Source of the DNA: Ascidiella aspersa
Taxonomy: Eukaryota
DNA length: 64,000 nucleotides
NCBI GenBank assembly: GCA_963924565.1
Contig: OZ004611.1
Span: 29,512,001-29,576,000 of the forward strand
Direction of reading: 5' to 3'
Shown here: one piece after another, positions 49,722 through 63,947 of the stretch
Numbering within the stretch: position 1 is the stretch's first letter
Layout: every line of letters begins with the position of its first letter
Translations under genes and position numbers: made by a program
The notes under the pieces: generated by a model
Seen by the model: only the letters and a program-made list of their open reading frames with translations
Told to the model about the DNA's origin: nothing
Databases searched by the model: none

Positions 49722-50874
49722 ACTGCCGAAGCAAGTACAATCGTTTACCAACTTTTTTCCTTATCAACGACCTCGTCGAAAAACGCCGACTCTTTGCGGA
49801 GAAGACCCGAATCGCCCAGCCAATTGATTTAGATGTGTCACGATGACGTCGGCAAAATTTCAATAACTCCTGGCCAGAAATCAAAGGCCAGCTAAAACGA
49901 GAGTCCGACTGCCAAATTCTCTTTTCAATTCTTTTCCAATTGTAATTCGTCGTGTCGTTTTGTCGAAAATCGCTTCCAAATGCACTCTTTTCGAGAGACG
50001 GCAAAATACGTTTTCGCTTGCCAAATCTTTCCACGGCCAACCAGCAAGTCTTGGGTAAGGCTGAGAGTTGTACTTCTTCCTGACTGACCCCAAACTTTAT
50101 CGCTTCTCGGCTCTTTAGAGCTAAGATCAAGTGTAGTATCTGTTCTTCTCAGTTTAATACCTGGGACGCAAGCGATTCGCTTGCTCTTTGTATTAACCTG
50201 ATTTTTGGACAGGGAGCACGGTGCCGAAGCTTGCTTCGCCCTGCTCACGGGTTGTCCTGGTATTGCAGTACCTCCAGGCACGGCCCACATTCCCACACTG
50301 TGGGAATTCCTCTTCATCCAATTGAAAATTTGCTTCTTGTTTTGAAAAAAAGAAGCAAAACATAAATCGATTTTTCGAGCGAAAATTGAAAAGAAAAATG
50401 GTGACCGATCGGCCAAAAATGACAAATTTTGTTCCTACAAGTTGATGCGGGGGGCTTATGGGGTAGCTATCCACAAAGAGTACGGGCGAGTAGTCGAGTA
50501 GGGCCTCGGGAAAAATCGTCACAACTCATACTTACCTGACGGGGGTCTTTAACCGTGATCACGTAGGCGGTTGGCCCAAGGCGAGGCCTTGCCATTGCAC
50601 TTCGGCTTGGCTGACCCTTGCGATTACCCCAAATGCGGGTAACTCGGCCGTATAATTTCTGTTAGCGGGGTGTGCGTTCGCGCAAAACCCCATACAAACC
50701 TTAATCAGTTCTGAAAAAGCTTGGAAACGGCAAGAGCCGGTCGTAGCTGCAAAACGCTGAAAGAGCAGGAGGAAATTTTCGGGGGGCGTCTTCCGAGTAG
50801 CGTCGGCAGAATCGAGTAAAATGTCAAAATAAGGAACGCTTCACGATTTTGCGTGTCATCCTTGCGCAGGGGCC

Positions 50875-50914
<40 letters not shown>

Positions 50915-52067
50915 ACTGCCGAAGCAAGTACAATCGTTTACCAACTTTTTTCCTTATCAACGACCTCGTCGAAAAACGCCGACTCTTTGCGGAGAAGACC
51001 CGAATCGCCCAGCCAATTGATTTAGATGTGTCACGATGACGTCGGCAAAATTTCAATAACTCCTGGCCAGAAATCAAAGGCCAGCTAAAACGAGAGTCCG
51101 ACTGCCAAATTCTCTTTTCAATTCTTTTCCAATTGTAATTCGTCGTGTCGTTTTGTCGAAAATCGCTTCCAAATGCACTCTTTTCGAGAGACGGCAAAAT
51201 ACGTTTTCGCTTGCCAAATCTTTCCACGGCCAACCAGCAAGTCTTGGGTAAGGCTGAGAGTTGTACTTCTTCCTGACTGACCCCAAACTTTATCGCTTCT
51301 CGGCTCTTTAGAGCTAAGATCAAGTGTAGTATCTGTTCTTCTCAGTTTAATACCTGGGACGCAAGCGATTCGCTTGCTCTTTGTATTAACCTGATTTTTG
51401 GACAGGGAGCACGGTGCCGAAGCTTGCTTCGCCCTGCTCACGGGTTGTCCTGGTATTGCAGTACCTCCAGGCACGGCCCACATTCCCACACTGTGGGAAT
51501 TCCTCTTCATCCAATTGAAAATTTGCTTCTTGTTTTGAAAAAAAGAAGCAAAACATAAATCGATTTTTCGAGCGAAAATTGAAAAGAAAAATGGTGACCG
51601 ATCGGCCAAAAATGACAAATTTTGTTCCTACAAGTTGATGCGGGGGGCTTATGGGGTAGCTATCCACAAAGAGTACGGGCGAGTAGTCGAGTAGGGCCTC
51701 GGGAAAAATCGTCACAACTCATACTTACCTGACGGGGGTCTTTAACCGTGATCACGTAGGCGGTTGGCCCAAGGCGAGGCCTTGCCATTGCACTTCGGCT
51801 TGGCTGACCCTTGCGATTACCCCAAATGCGGGTAACTCGGCCGTATAATTTCTGTTAGCGGGGTGTGCGTTCGCGCAAAACCCCATACAAACCTTAATCA
51901 GTTCTGAAAAAGCTTGGAAACGGCAAGAGCCGGTCGTAGCTGCAAAACGCTGAAAGAGCAGGAGGAAATTTTCGGGGGGCGTCTTCCGAGTAGCGTCGGC
52001 AGAATCGAGTAAAATGTCAAAATAAGGAACGCTTCACGATTTTGCGTGTCATCCTTGCGCAGGGGCC

Positions 52068-52107
<40 letters not shown>

Positions 52108-53260
52108 ACTGCCGAAGCAAGTACAATCGTTTACCAACTTTTTTCCTTATCAACGACCTCGTCGAAAAACGCCGACTCTTTGCGGAGAAGACCCGAATCG
52201 CCCAGCCAATTGATTTAGATGTGTCACGATGACGTCGGCAAAATTTCAATAACTCCTGGCCAGAAATCAAAGGCCAGCTAAAACGAGAGTCCGACTGCCA
52301 AATTCTCTTTTCAATTCTTTTCCAATTGTAATTCGTCGTGTCGTTTTGTCGAAAATCGCTTCCAAATGCACTCTTTTCGAGAGACGGCAAAATACGTTTT
52401 CGCTTGCCAAATCTTTCCACGGCCAACCAGCAAGTCTTGGGTAAGGCTGAGAGTTGTACTTCTTCCTGACTGACCCCAAACTTTATCGCTTCTCGGCTCT
52501 TTAGAGCTAAGATCAAGTGTAGTATCTGTTCTTCTCAGTTTAATACCTGGGACGCAAGCGATTCGCTTGCTCTTTGTATTAACCTGATTTTTGGACAGGG
52601 AGCACGGTGCCGAAGCTTGCTTCGCCCTGCTCACGGGTTGTCCTGGTATTGCAGTACCTCCAGGCACGGCCCACATTCCCACACTGTGGGAATTCCTCTT
52701 CATCCAATTGAAAATTTGCTTCTTGTTTTGAAAAAAAGAAGCAAAACATAAATCGATTTTTCGAGCGAAAATTGAAAAGAAAAATGGTGACCGATCGGCC
52801 AAAAATGACAAATTTTGTTCCTACAAGTTGATGCGGGGGGCTTATGGGGTAGCTATCCACAAAGAGTACGGGCGAGTAGTCGAGTAGGGCCTCGGGAAAA
52901 ATCGTCACAACTCATACTTACCTGACGGGGGTCTTTAACCGTGATCACGTAGGCGGTTGGCCCAAGGCGAGGCCTTGCCATTGCACTTCGGCTTGGCTGA
53001 CCCTTGCGATTACCCCAAATGCGGGTAACTCGGCCGTATAATTTCTGTTAGCGGGGTGTGCGTTCGCGCAAAACCCCATACAAACCTTAATCAGTTCTGA
53101 AAAAGCTTGGAAACGGCAAGAGCCGGTCGTAGCTGCAAAACGCTGAAAGAGCAGGAGGAAATTTTCGGGGGGCGTCTTCCGAGTAGCGTCGGCAGAATCG
53201 AGTAAAATGTCAAAATAAGGAACGCTTCACGATTTTGCGTGTCATCCTTGCGCAGGGGCC

Positions 53261-53300
<40 letters not shown>

Positions 53301-54452
53301 ACTGCCGAAGCAAGTACAATCGTTTACCAACTTTTTTCCTTATCAACGACCTCGTCGAAAAACGCCGACTCTTTGCGGAGAAGACCCGAATCGCCCAGCC
53401 AATTGATTTAGATGTGTCACGATGACGTCGGCAAAATTTCAATAACTCCTGGCCAGAAATCAAAGGCCAGCTAAAACGAGAGTCCGACTGCCAAATTCTC
53501 TTTTCAATTCTTTTCCAATTGTAATTCGTCGTGTCGTTTTGTCGAAAATCGCTTCCAAATGCACTCTTTTCGAGAGACGGCAAAATACGTTTTCGCTTGC
53601 CAAATCTTTCCACGGCCAACCAGCAAGTCTTGGGTAAGGCTGAGAGTTGTACTTCTTCCTGACTGACCCCAAACTTTATCGCTTCTCGGCTCTTTAGAGC
53701 TAAGATCAAGTGTAGTATCTGTTCTTCTCAGTTTAATACCTGGGACGCAAGCGATTCGCTTGCTCTTTGTATTAACCTGATTTTTGGACAGGGAGCACGG
53801 TGCCGAAGCTTGCTTCGCCCTGCTCACGGGTTGTCCTGGTATTGCAGTACCTCCAGGCACGGCCCACATTCCCACACTGTGGGAATTCCTCTTCATCCAA
53901 TTGAAAATTTGCTTCTTGTTTTGAAAAAAAGAAGCAAAACATAAATCGATTTTTCGAGCGAAAATTGAAAAGAAAAATGGTGACCGATCGGCCAAAAATG
54001 ACAAATTTTGTTCCTACAAGTTGATGCGGGGGGCTTATGGGGTAGCTATCCACAAAGAGTACGGGCGAGTAGTCGAGTAGGGCCTCGGGAAAAATCGTCA
54101 CAACTCATACTTACCTGACGGGGGTCTTTAACCGTGATCACGTAGGCGGTTGGCCCAAGGCGAGGCCTTGCCATTGCACTTCGGCTTGGCTGACCCTTGC
54201 GATTACCCCAAATGCGGGTAACTCGGCCGTATAATTTCTGTTAGCGGGGTGTGCGTTCGCGCAAAACCCCATACAAACCTTAATCAGTTTGAAAAAGCTT
54301 GGAAACGGCAAGAGCCGGTCGTAGCTGCAAAACGCTGAAAGAGCAGGAGGAAATTTTCGGGGGGCGTCTTCCGAGTAGCGTCGGCAGAATCGAGTAAAAT
54401 GTCAAAATAAGGAACGCTTCACGATTTTGCGTGTCATCCTTGCGCAGGGGCC

Positions 54453-54492
<40 letters not shown>

Positions 54493-55645
54493 ACTGCCGA
54501 AGCAAGTACAATCGTTTACCAACTTTTTTCCTTATCAACGACCTCGTCGAAAAACGCCGACTCTTTGCGGAGAAGACCCGAATCGCCCAGCCAATTGATT
54601 TAGATGTGTCACGATGACGTCGGCAAAATTTCAATAACTCCTGGCCAGAAATCAAAGGCCAGCTAAAACGAGAGTCCGACTGCCAAATTCTCTTTTCAAT
54701 TCTTTTCCAATTGTAATTCGTCGTGTCGTTTTGTCGAAAATCGCTTCCAAATGCACTCTTTTCGAGAGACGGCAAAATACGTTTTCGCTTGCCAAATCTT
54801 TCCACGGCCAACCAGCAAGTCTTGGGTAAGGCTGAGAGTTGTACTTCTTCCTGACTGACCCCAAACTTTATCGCTTCTCGGCTCTTTAGAGCTAAGATCA
54901 AGTGTAGTATCTGTTCTTCTCAGTTTAATACCTGGGACGCAAGCGATTCGCTTGCTCTTTGTATTAACCTGATTTTTGGACAGGGAGCACGGTGCCGAAG
55001 CTTGCTTCGCCCTGCTCACGGGTTGTCCTGGTATTGCAGTACCTCCAGGCACGGCCCACATTCCCACACTGTGGGAATTCCTCTTCATCCAATTGAAAAT
55101 TTGCTTCTTGTTTTGAAAAAAAGAAGCAAAACATAAATCGATTTTTCGAGCGAAAATTGAAAAGAAAAATGGTGACCGATCGGCCAAAAATGACAAATTT
55201 TGTTCCTACAAGTTGATGCGGGGGGCTTATGGGGTAGCTATCCACAAAGAGTACGGGCGAGTAGTCGAGTAGGGCCTCGGGAAAAATCGTCACAACTCAT
55301 ACTTACCTGACGGGGGTCTTTAACCGTGATCACGTAGGCGGTTGGCCCAAGGCGAGGCCTTGCCATTGCACTTCGGCTTGGCTGACCCTTGCGATTACCC
55401 CAAATGCGGGTAACTCGGCCGTATAATTTCTGTTAGCGGGGTGTGCGTTCGCGCAAAACCCCATACAAACCTTAATCAGTTCTGAAAAAGCTTGGAAACG
55501 GCAAGAGCCGGTCGTAGCTGCAAAACGCTGAAAGAGCAGGAGGAAATTTTCGGGGGGCGTCTTCCGAGTAGCGTCGGCAGAATCGAGTAAAATGTCAAAA
55601 TAAGGAACGCTTCACGATTTTGCGTGTCATCCTTGCGCAGGGGCC

Positions 55646-55685
<40 letters not shown>

Positions 55686-56838
55686 ACTGCCGAAGCAAGT
55701 ACAATCGTTTACCAACTTTTTTCCTTATCAACGACCTCGTCGAAAAACGCCGACTCTTTGCGGAGAAGACCCGAATCGCCCAGCCAATTGATTTAGATGT
55801 GTCACGATGACGTCGGCAAAATTTCAATAACTCCTGGCCAGAAATCAAAGGCCAGCTAAAACGAGAGTCCGACTGCCAAATTCTCTTTTCAATTCTTTTC
55901 CAATTGTAATTCGTCGTGTCGTTTTGTCGAAAATCGCTTCCAAATGCACTCTTTTCGAGAGACGGCAAAATACGTTTTCGCTTGCCAAATCTTTCCACGG
56001 CCAACCAGCAAGTCTTGGGTAAGGCTGAGAGTTGTACTTCTTCCTGACTGACCCCAAACTTTATCGCTTCTCGGCTCTTTAGAGCTAAGATCAAGTGTAG
56101 TATCTGTTCTTCTCAGTTTAATACCTGGGACGCAAGCGATTCGCTTGCTCTTTGTATTAACCTGATTTTTGGACAGGGAGCACGGTGCCGAAGCTTGCTT
56201 CGCCCTGCTCACGGGTTGTCCTGGTATTGCAGTACCTCCAGGCACGGCCCACATTCCCACACTGTGGGAATTCCTCTTCATCCAATTGAAAATTTGCTTC
56301 TTGTTTTGAAAAAAAGAAGCAAAACATAAATCGATTTTTCGAGCGAAAATTGAAAAGAAAAATGGTGACCGATCGGCCAAAAATGACAAATTTTGTTCCT
56401 ACAAGTTGATGCGGGGGGCTTATGGGGTAGCTATCCACAAAGAGTACGGGCGAGTAGTCGAGTAGGGCCTCGGGAAAAATCGTCACAACTCATACTTACC
56501 TGACGGGGGTCTTTAACCGTGATCACGTAGGCGGTTGGCCCAAGGCGAGGCCTTGCCATTGCACTTCGGCTTGGCTGACCCTTGCGATTACCCCAAATGC
56601 GGGTAACTCGGCCGTATAATTTCTGTTAGCGGGGTGTGCGTTCGCGCAAAACCCCATACAAACCTTAATCAGTTCTGAAAAAGCTTGGAAACGGCAAGAG
56701 CCGGTCGTAGCTGCAAAACGCTGAAAGAGCAGGAGGAAATTTTCGGGGGGCGTCTTCCGAGTAGCGTCGGCAGAATCGAGTAAAATGTCAAAATAAGGAA
56801 CGCTTCACGATTTTGCGTGTCATCCTTGCGCAGGGGCC

Positions 56839-56878
<40 letters not shown>

Positions 56879-58031
56879 ACTGCCGAAGCAAGTACAATCG
56901 TTTACCAACTTTTTTCCTTATCAACGACCTCGTCGAAAAACGCCGACTCTTTGCGGAGAAGACCCGAATCGCCCAGCCAATTGATTTAGATGTGTCACGA
57001 TGACGTCGGCAAAATTTCAATAACTCCTGGCCAGAAATCAAAGGCCAGCTAAAACGAGAGTCCGACTGCCAAATTCTCTTTTCAATTCTTTTCCAATTGT
57101 AATTCGTCGTGTCGTTTTGTCGAAAATCGCTTCCAAATGCACTCTTTTCGAGAGACGGCAAAATACGTTTTCGCTTGCCAAATCTTTCCACGGCCAACCA
57201 GCAAGTCTTGGGTAAGGCTGAGAGTTGTACTTCTTCCTGACTGACCCCAAACTTTATCGCTTCTCGGCTCTTTAGAGCTAAGATCAAGTGTAGTATCTGT
57301 TCTTCTCAGTTTAATACCTGGGACGCAAGCGATTCGCTTGCTCTTTGTATTAACCTGATTTTTGGACAGGGAGCACGGTGCCGAAGCTTGCTTCGCCCTG
57401 CTCACGGGTTGTCCTGGTATTGCAGTACCTCCAGGCACGGCCCACATTCCCACACTGTGGGAATTCCTCTTCATCCAATTGAAAATTTGCTTCTTGTTTT
57501 GAAAAAAAGAAGCAAAACATAAATCGATTTTTCGAGCGAAAATTGAAAAGAAAAATGGTGACCGATCGGCCAAAAATGACAAATTTTGTTCCTACAAGTT
57601 GATGCGGGGGGCTTATGGGGTAGCTATCCACAAAGAGTACGGGCGAGTAGTCGAGTAGGGCCTCGGGAAAAATCGTCACAACTCATACTTACCTGACGGG
57701 GGTCTTTAACCGTGATCACGTAGGCGGTTGGCCCAAGGCGAGGCCTTGCCATTGCACTTCGGCTTGGCTGACCCTTGCGATTACCCCAAATGCGGGTAAC
57801 TCGGCCGTATAATTTCTGTTAGCGGGGTGTGCGTTCGCGCAAAACCCCATACAAACCTTAATCAGTTCTGAAAAAGCTTGGAAACGGCAAGAGCCGGTCG
57901 TAGCTGCAAAACGCTGAAAGAGTAGGAGGAAATTTTCGGGGGGCGTCTTCCGAGTAGCGTCGGCAGAATCGAGTAAAATGTCAAAATAAGGAACGCTTCA
58001 CGATTTTGCGTGTCATCCTTGCGCAGGGGCC

Positions 58032-58071
<40 letters not shown>

Positions 58072-59224
58072 ACTGCCGAAGCAAGTACAATCGTTTACCA
58101 ACTTTTTTCCTTATCAACGACCTCGTCGAAAAACGCCGACTCTTTGCGGAGAAGACCCGAATCGCCCAGCCAATTGATTTAGATGTGTCACGATGACGTC
58201 GGCAAAATTTCAATAACTCCTGGCCAGAAATCAAAGGCCAGCTAAAACGAGAGTCCGACTGCCAAATTCTCTTTTCAATTCTTTTCCAATTGTAATTCGT
58301 CGTGTCGTTTTGTCGAAAATCGCTTCCAAATGCACTCTTTTCGAGAGACGGCAAAATACGTTTTCGCTTGCCAAATCTTTCCACGGCCAACCAGCAAGTC
58401 TTGGGTAAGGCTGAGAGTTGTACTTCTTCCTGACTGACCCCAAACTTTATCGCTTCTCGGCTCTTTAGAGCTAAGATCAAGTGTAGTATCTGTTCTTCTC
58501 AGTTTAATACCTGGGACGCAAGCGATTCGCTTGCTCTTTGTATTAACTTGATTTTTGGACAGGGAGCACGGTGCCGAAGCTTGCTTCGCCCTGCTCACGG
58601 GTTGTCCTGGTATTGCAGTACCTCCAGGCACGGCCCACATTCCCACACTGTGGGAATTCCTCTTCATCCAATTGAAAATTTGCTTCTTGTTTTGAAAAAA
58701 AGAAGCAAAACATAAATCGATTTTTCGAGCGAAAATTGAAAAGAAAAATGGTGACCGATCGGCCAAAAATGACAAATTTTGTTCCTACAAGTTGATGCGG
58801 GGGGCTTATGGGGTAGCTATCCACAAAGAGTACGGGCGAGTAGTCGAGTAGGGCCTCGGGAAAAATCGTCACAACTCATACTTACCTGACGGGGGTCTTT
58901 AACCGTGATCACGTAGGCGGTTGGCCCAAGGCGAGGCCTTGCCATTGCACTTCGGCTTGGCTGACCCTTGCGATTACCCCAAATGCGGGTAACTCGGCCG
59001 TATAATTTCTGTTAGCGGGGTGTGCGTTCGTGCAAAACCCCATACAAACCTTAATCAGTTCTGAAAAAGCTTGGAAACGGCAAGAGCCGGTCGTAGCTGC
59101 AAAACGCTGAAAGAGCAGGAGGAAATTTTCGGGGGGCGTCTTCCGAGTAGCGTCGGCAGAATCGAGTAAAATGTCAAAATAAGGAACGCTTCACGATTTT
59201 GCGTGTCATCCTTGCGCAGGGGCC

Positions 59225-59264
<40 letters not shown>

Positions 59265-60070
59265 ACTGCCGAAGCAAGTACAATCGTTTACCAACTTTTT
59301 TCCTTATCAACGACCTCGTCGAAAAACGCCGACTCTTTGCGGAGAAGACCCGAATCGCCCAGCCAATTGATTTAGATGTGTCACGATGACGTCGGCAAAA
59401 TTTCAATAACTCCTGGCCAGAAATCAAAGGCCAGCTAAAACGAGAGTCCGACTGCCAAATTCTCTTTTCAATTCTTTTCCAATTGTAATTCGTCGTGTCG
59501 TTTTGTCGAAAATCGCTTCCAAATGCACTCTTTTCGAGAGACGGCAAAATACGTTTTCGCTTGCCAAATCTTTCCACGGCCAACCAGCAAGTCTTGGGTA
59601 AGGCTGAGAGTTGTACTTCTTCCTGACTGACCCCAAACTTTATCGCTTCTCGGCTCTTTAGAGCTAAGATCAAGTGTAGTATCTGTTCTTCTCAGTTTAA
59701 TACCTGGGACGCAAGCGATTCGCTTGCTCTTTGTATTAACCTGATTTTTGGACAGGGAGCACGGTGCCGAAGCTTGCTTCGCCCTGCTCACGGGTTGTCC
59801 TGGTATTGCAGTACCTCCAGGCACGGCCCACATTCCCACACTGTGGGAATTCCTCTTCATCCAATTGAAAATTTGCTTCTTGTTTTGAAAAAAAGAAGCA
59901 AAACATAAATCGATTTTTCGAGCGAAAATTGAAAAGAAAAATGGTGACCGATCGGCCAAAAATGACAAATTTTGTTCCTACAAGTTGATGCGGGGGGCTT
60001 ATGGGGTAGCTATCCACAAAGAGTACGGGCGAGTAGTCGAGTAGGGCCTCGGGAAAAATCGTCACAACTC

Positions 60071-60097
60071 ATACTTACCTGACGGGGGTCTTTAACC
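60071..60097 (+). pseudogene. U1: Truncated U1 (nt 1-27) fused to retrotransposon RT sequence
   Basis: ATACTTACCTGACGGGGGTCTTTAACC followed directly by TTGAGTGCGTTGCTG, which equals element copy 1 position 29436 onward. Confidence 0.93.
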
Positions 60098-63000
60098 TTG
60101 AGTGCGTTGCTGATATCTACGTTGGTAACACGTGTGTCGTTCGCACGGCGGGTGGTGTTACCAACGAGATACCAGTAGGGCGAGGGGTACGCCAAGGCTG
60201 CCCCTTGTCCGGCCTCGTATTCAATCTGGTGGCCGAGGTTCTTGTTAGAGGGGTCAAAGCTCGCGCCGGTTGCGGATACAGATTCGATTGCGCTCCTAAT
60301 GTCTTTTCCCAAGTGCTGGCATACGCTGACGACGGGTGTCTCATCTCGAGCTCGAGGTCACAGATGTGCGAGCAGCTGAAAGTGTGTGAGGAGTTCGCCG
60401 GCTGGGCAGGTATCCGTTTTAACCCGAAAAAATGCCGCATAATGAACCAGGTGCTGGTTGGAAGTCGCCGACAACGGGATCCGCAGCCTTTCTCGCTCTC
60501 GGGCGAGGAGGTCAAGGTGATTGGTCTGGGCGAATTCTACCGCTACTTGGGAGTGCGGCAGGGATACCTTCCTGACACTCGATCGAACACCACCCTCGAG
60601 TTGTCTGCCGAGCGAATCAAGCGACTCTTTGAGTCGCCCCTCACGCCACACCAGAAGCTGCTGGCACTGAAGCGATTCGAGCTCCCCCGTCTGAGCTTCA
60701 TCTTGAGGTTGCGGCATTTTCCGGTAAAGGAGTTGAGGAAGGTGGACTCTACGGTGCGGCGTTGCGTGCGCATTTCACTCCGCCTCCCAACACGAACGTG
60801 CGTGGCTTTTTACCACACGTCAGCAGACAGCGGAGGCCTGGGGATCCCGTCGATTGCCGCCGAGGGCGACATACTGGCGGTGACACAGGCCTTCAAAATG
60901 CTGACAGCACCGGACTGGCGGGTGCGCGCCGTGGCCGTGGGTCGACTCGAATCTCTCTCGAAACGGATGGCCAAAGCTGAAAGTGTCGATGCCGGTGCGA
61001 TGGCAGCTTTCATATCAGGGGGCAACGTCAGTGGTAACGGGTGCGGAGCGGGCGGAAGTCTGGAACGAGACTTGTTTACGTTTGTACGCAAGGCCTCGGA
61101 AAGGATCGATGTTCAATTCGTCGCGGGCGCTGACGGGCAGTTTTCTGTGACGTCTGGTGACAAGACGTTATCCCCCAGCAACCGGGCAGTATTTACCAGG
61201 ACCCTCCACGCCTTACAATCAAAGCGTTGGAGGGAAGTGTGGGCCAGTCATCCAGACCAAGGTAAGACCGTAGGGGCCCACACCCAATACGGTTATTCGA
61301 ACCACTGGTTGAAGAACCCCGGGGCTCTGACTATTCCAGAGCGCATTTTCGCGATGAAAGCACGCCTCAACCTCCTTCCTGTCAAGAAGGTTCGGGAACG
61401 ATTTCACGGGGGACAGTCAGACGTTAGGTGCTGCAGATGCGGCAGTTCGGCCGAGACACTTCCCCACGTACTCAACCACTGTGTTCCCGTCATGCCCCAA
61501 ATCCTATCTCGGCACGACGCCATACAGGGGGAAGTGTTGCGCCACGTACCTTCAGGGACCTTCACCAAGGTTTCTTGTGACCGAGTTTGCCGGGAGCACG
61601 CCGATGCCACGGGTGAGAACCTCCGGCCAGACTTGATTGTCGAGAGCGCCGACAGGTTCTTAGTCGTGGACTTTGCGTGCCCTTTCGAAAACGGCCAAGT
61701 TGCCCTTACCGCTGCTGCGGCCCGTAAGCACCAAAAGTACAGGGAGTTGTGTGGAAACTTGGCCCGTGTTTCCAAGAAGCGAGTCCTTTTCCACACCTTC
61801 ATCATCGGCTCCCTGGGCAGCTATGCTCAAGGCAACAATTCCACCCTCAGCGCCTTGGGCATCACGGGCCGTCGTATGACGGAGGTAGCCAGAGCATGCT
61901 CAGCTCTGGCTATCAAGGGTAGCCACCACGTGTGGCAATCTTGGTGCAGGGGGATTGTTACCAAACCTTAAACCATCCTTTGCAAGCGCAGACTGGCACC
62001 ACACAAACACAAACCGGACGATCACGGCGGCGGGGCATCAACTTAACCGCAAATAAACCAGCTCACCAGTACGTTCATCAATCAGCCAACAACCCAGCCC
62101 ACTCACCCCATCACCTCGGAAAACTTCAGCCCTTTGACCCCAGCTCTATCCACGCCCCGCCGCCAACCCCTCCTCGCACTCCAATGTTAAAGCTGGCCTC
62201 CTCCAATCAAAACCCACTCCTGATAGTTTCGCCGAGGTGCTCCCAACTCTTCAACCGCGCGGCAGCCGGGGACCAACTCTCCAAACACTTTAACGTTCCA
62301 ACGTTCGTCTATCGTCCCCGGCCAACACCTTCAACAGTTCCGCCCGCCACACCAGTCGAATCATCGTCAACGGCAAAAGGGCGGATGCCGCGCGGTCAAC
62401 ACCTCACCTCTTCACACCAATGGGGCCGGCTAGGAAGCCTGCCCCCGAACTGTCTGGCACCAACACTGGAGCACCTCGGCCCCCCAACCAACACGGAGGC
62501 CAGCAGGCCGGCGCACGTCGCCGACCCACTAATTCGCACCATCCCCACCCGGTTTGCACAACACTTAGCTTTTAAATCTTTTTTTTTGTCTTAGGTAGCT
62601 CGTTTTTAACCGCTTTACCGCCCCAAAATTGCACTTACTAGCAATTAAAGCACTTACCGCACTTAAACCTCTTTCAAGTTTTAAATGCACCCCCCCCCTT
62701 TTTTTATATATATGCAAAGTTCCGAACTATTTTTTATATTTACATTGTTTTTAAATATTTTTATACCCACACCCCGTGTACTTTTTTCGCCACCCTCACC
62801 CCTTTCCACTCACTAGGCACACTTCCAAAATATGTATCTAAATTACACAATACCATACCCGAGCCCAGTCTGCGCCAGTCCCTCTGTTCCTCCTGCGACG
62901 TCTCCTGCAAGCCCTACCATCGGCGGGCCCCACAATTCACTTAGCTTATAACTTAACTAATCTGGCCCTAACTTTTTTAAATTTACCTTTTTTTCCACAG

Positions 63001-63171
63001 TAATCATCAAATCTTAACCAAACCAAACCCACAAATTCTATCACCCATCGCCGTTACGGCGGTGGAGGCCGAGCGTGCAACGCACAATACTTATTGCCGG
63101 CGAAGCCTGTTTATATTGTCGTTTTCGTGTTTTATCGCCGTCAACACAATAAACCGGTGTACAGTCAAAAA
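60098..63171 (+). mobile_element. 5'-truncated copy (3.07 kb) of the U2-specific retrotransposon, copy 3
   Basis: Starts inside the RT domain; 3' end GTCAAAAA joined to U2 TCTGTTCTT at the same site as copies 1 and 2. Confidence 0.95.
60100..61971 (+). pseudogene. Partial retrotransposon ORF (C-terminal RT half, CCHC, RLE)
   Basis: Retains GVRQGCPLS, YADD and the endonuclease but lacks zinc fingers and the LDVKNAF motif. Confidence 0.9.
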
Positions 63172-63907
63172 TCTGTTCTTCTCAGTTTAATACCTGGGAC
63201 GCAAGCGATTCGCTTGCTCTTTGTATTAACCTGATTTTTGGACAGGGAGCACGGTGCCGAAGCTTGCTTCGCCCTGCTTACGGGTTGTCCTGGTATTGCA
63301 GTACCTCCAGGCACGGCCCACATTCCCACACTGTGGGAATTCCTCTTCATCCAATTGAAAATTTGCTTCTTGTTTTGAAAAAAAGAAGCAAAACATAAAT
63401 CGATTTTTCGAGCGAAAATTGAAAAGAAAAATGGTGACCGATCGGCCAAAAATGACAAATTTTGTTCCTACAAGTTGATGCGGGGGGCTTATGGGGTAGC
63501 TATCCACAAAGAGTACGGGCGAGTAGTCGAGTAGGGCCTCGGGAAAAATCGTCACAACTCATACTTACCTGACGGGGGTCTTTAACCGTGATCACGTAGG
63601 CGGTTGGCCCAAGGCGAGGCCTTGCCATTGCACTTCGGCTTGGCTGACCCTTGCGATTACCCCAAATGCGGGTAACTCGGCCGTATAATTTCTGTTAGCG
63701 GGGTGTGCGTTCGCGCAAAACCCCATACAAACCTTAATCAGTTCTGAAAAAGCTTGGAAACGGCAAGAGCCGGTCGTAGCTGCAAAACGCTGAAAGAGCA
63801 GGAGGAAATTTTCGGGGGGCGTCTTCCGAGTAGCGTCGGCAGAATCGAGTAAAATGTCAAAATAAGGAACGCTTCACGATTTTGCGTGTCATCCTTGCGC
63901 AGGGGCC

Positions 63908-63947
<40 letters not shown>

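Larger units (their letters stand above)
46560..60097. repeat. 1193-bp U2-U1-U6 array, block 4 (11 intact copies of each gene; one 1192-bp unit)
   Basis: U2 starts 47713 to 59642; 1-bp deletion near 54290; ends in U1 nt 1-27. Confidence 0.98.
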
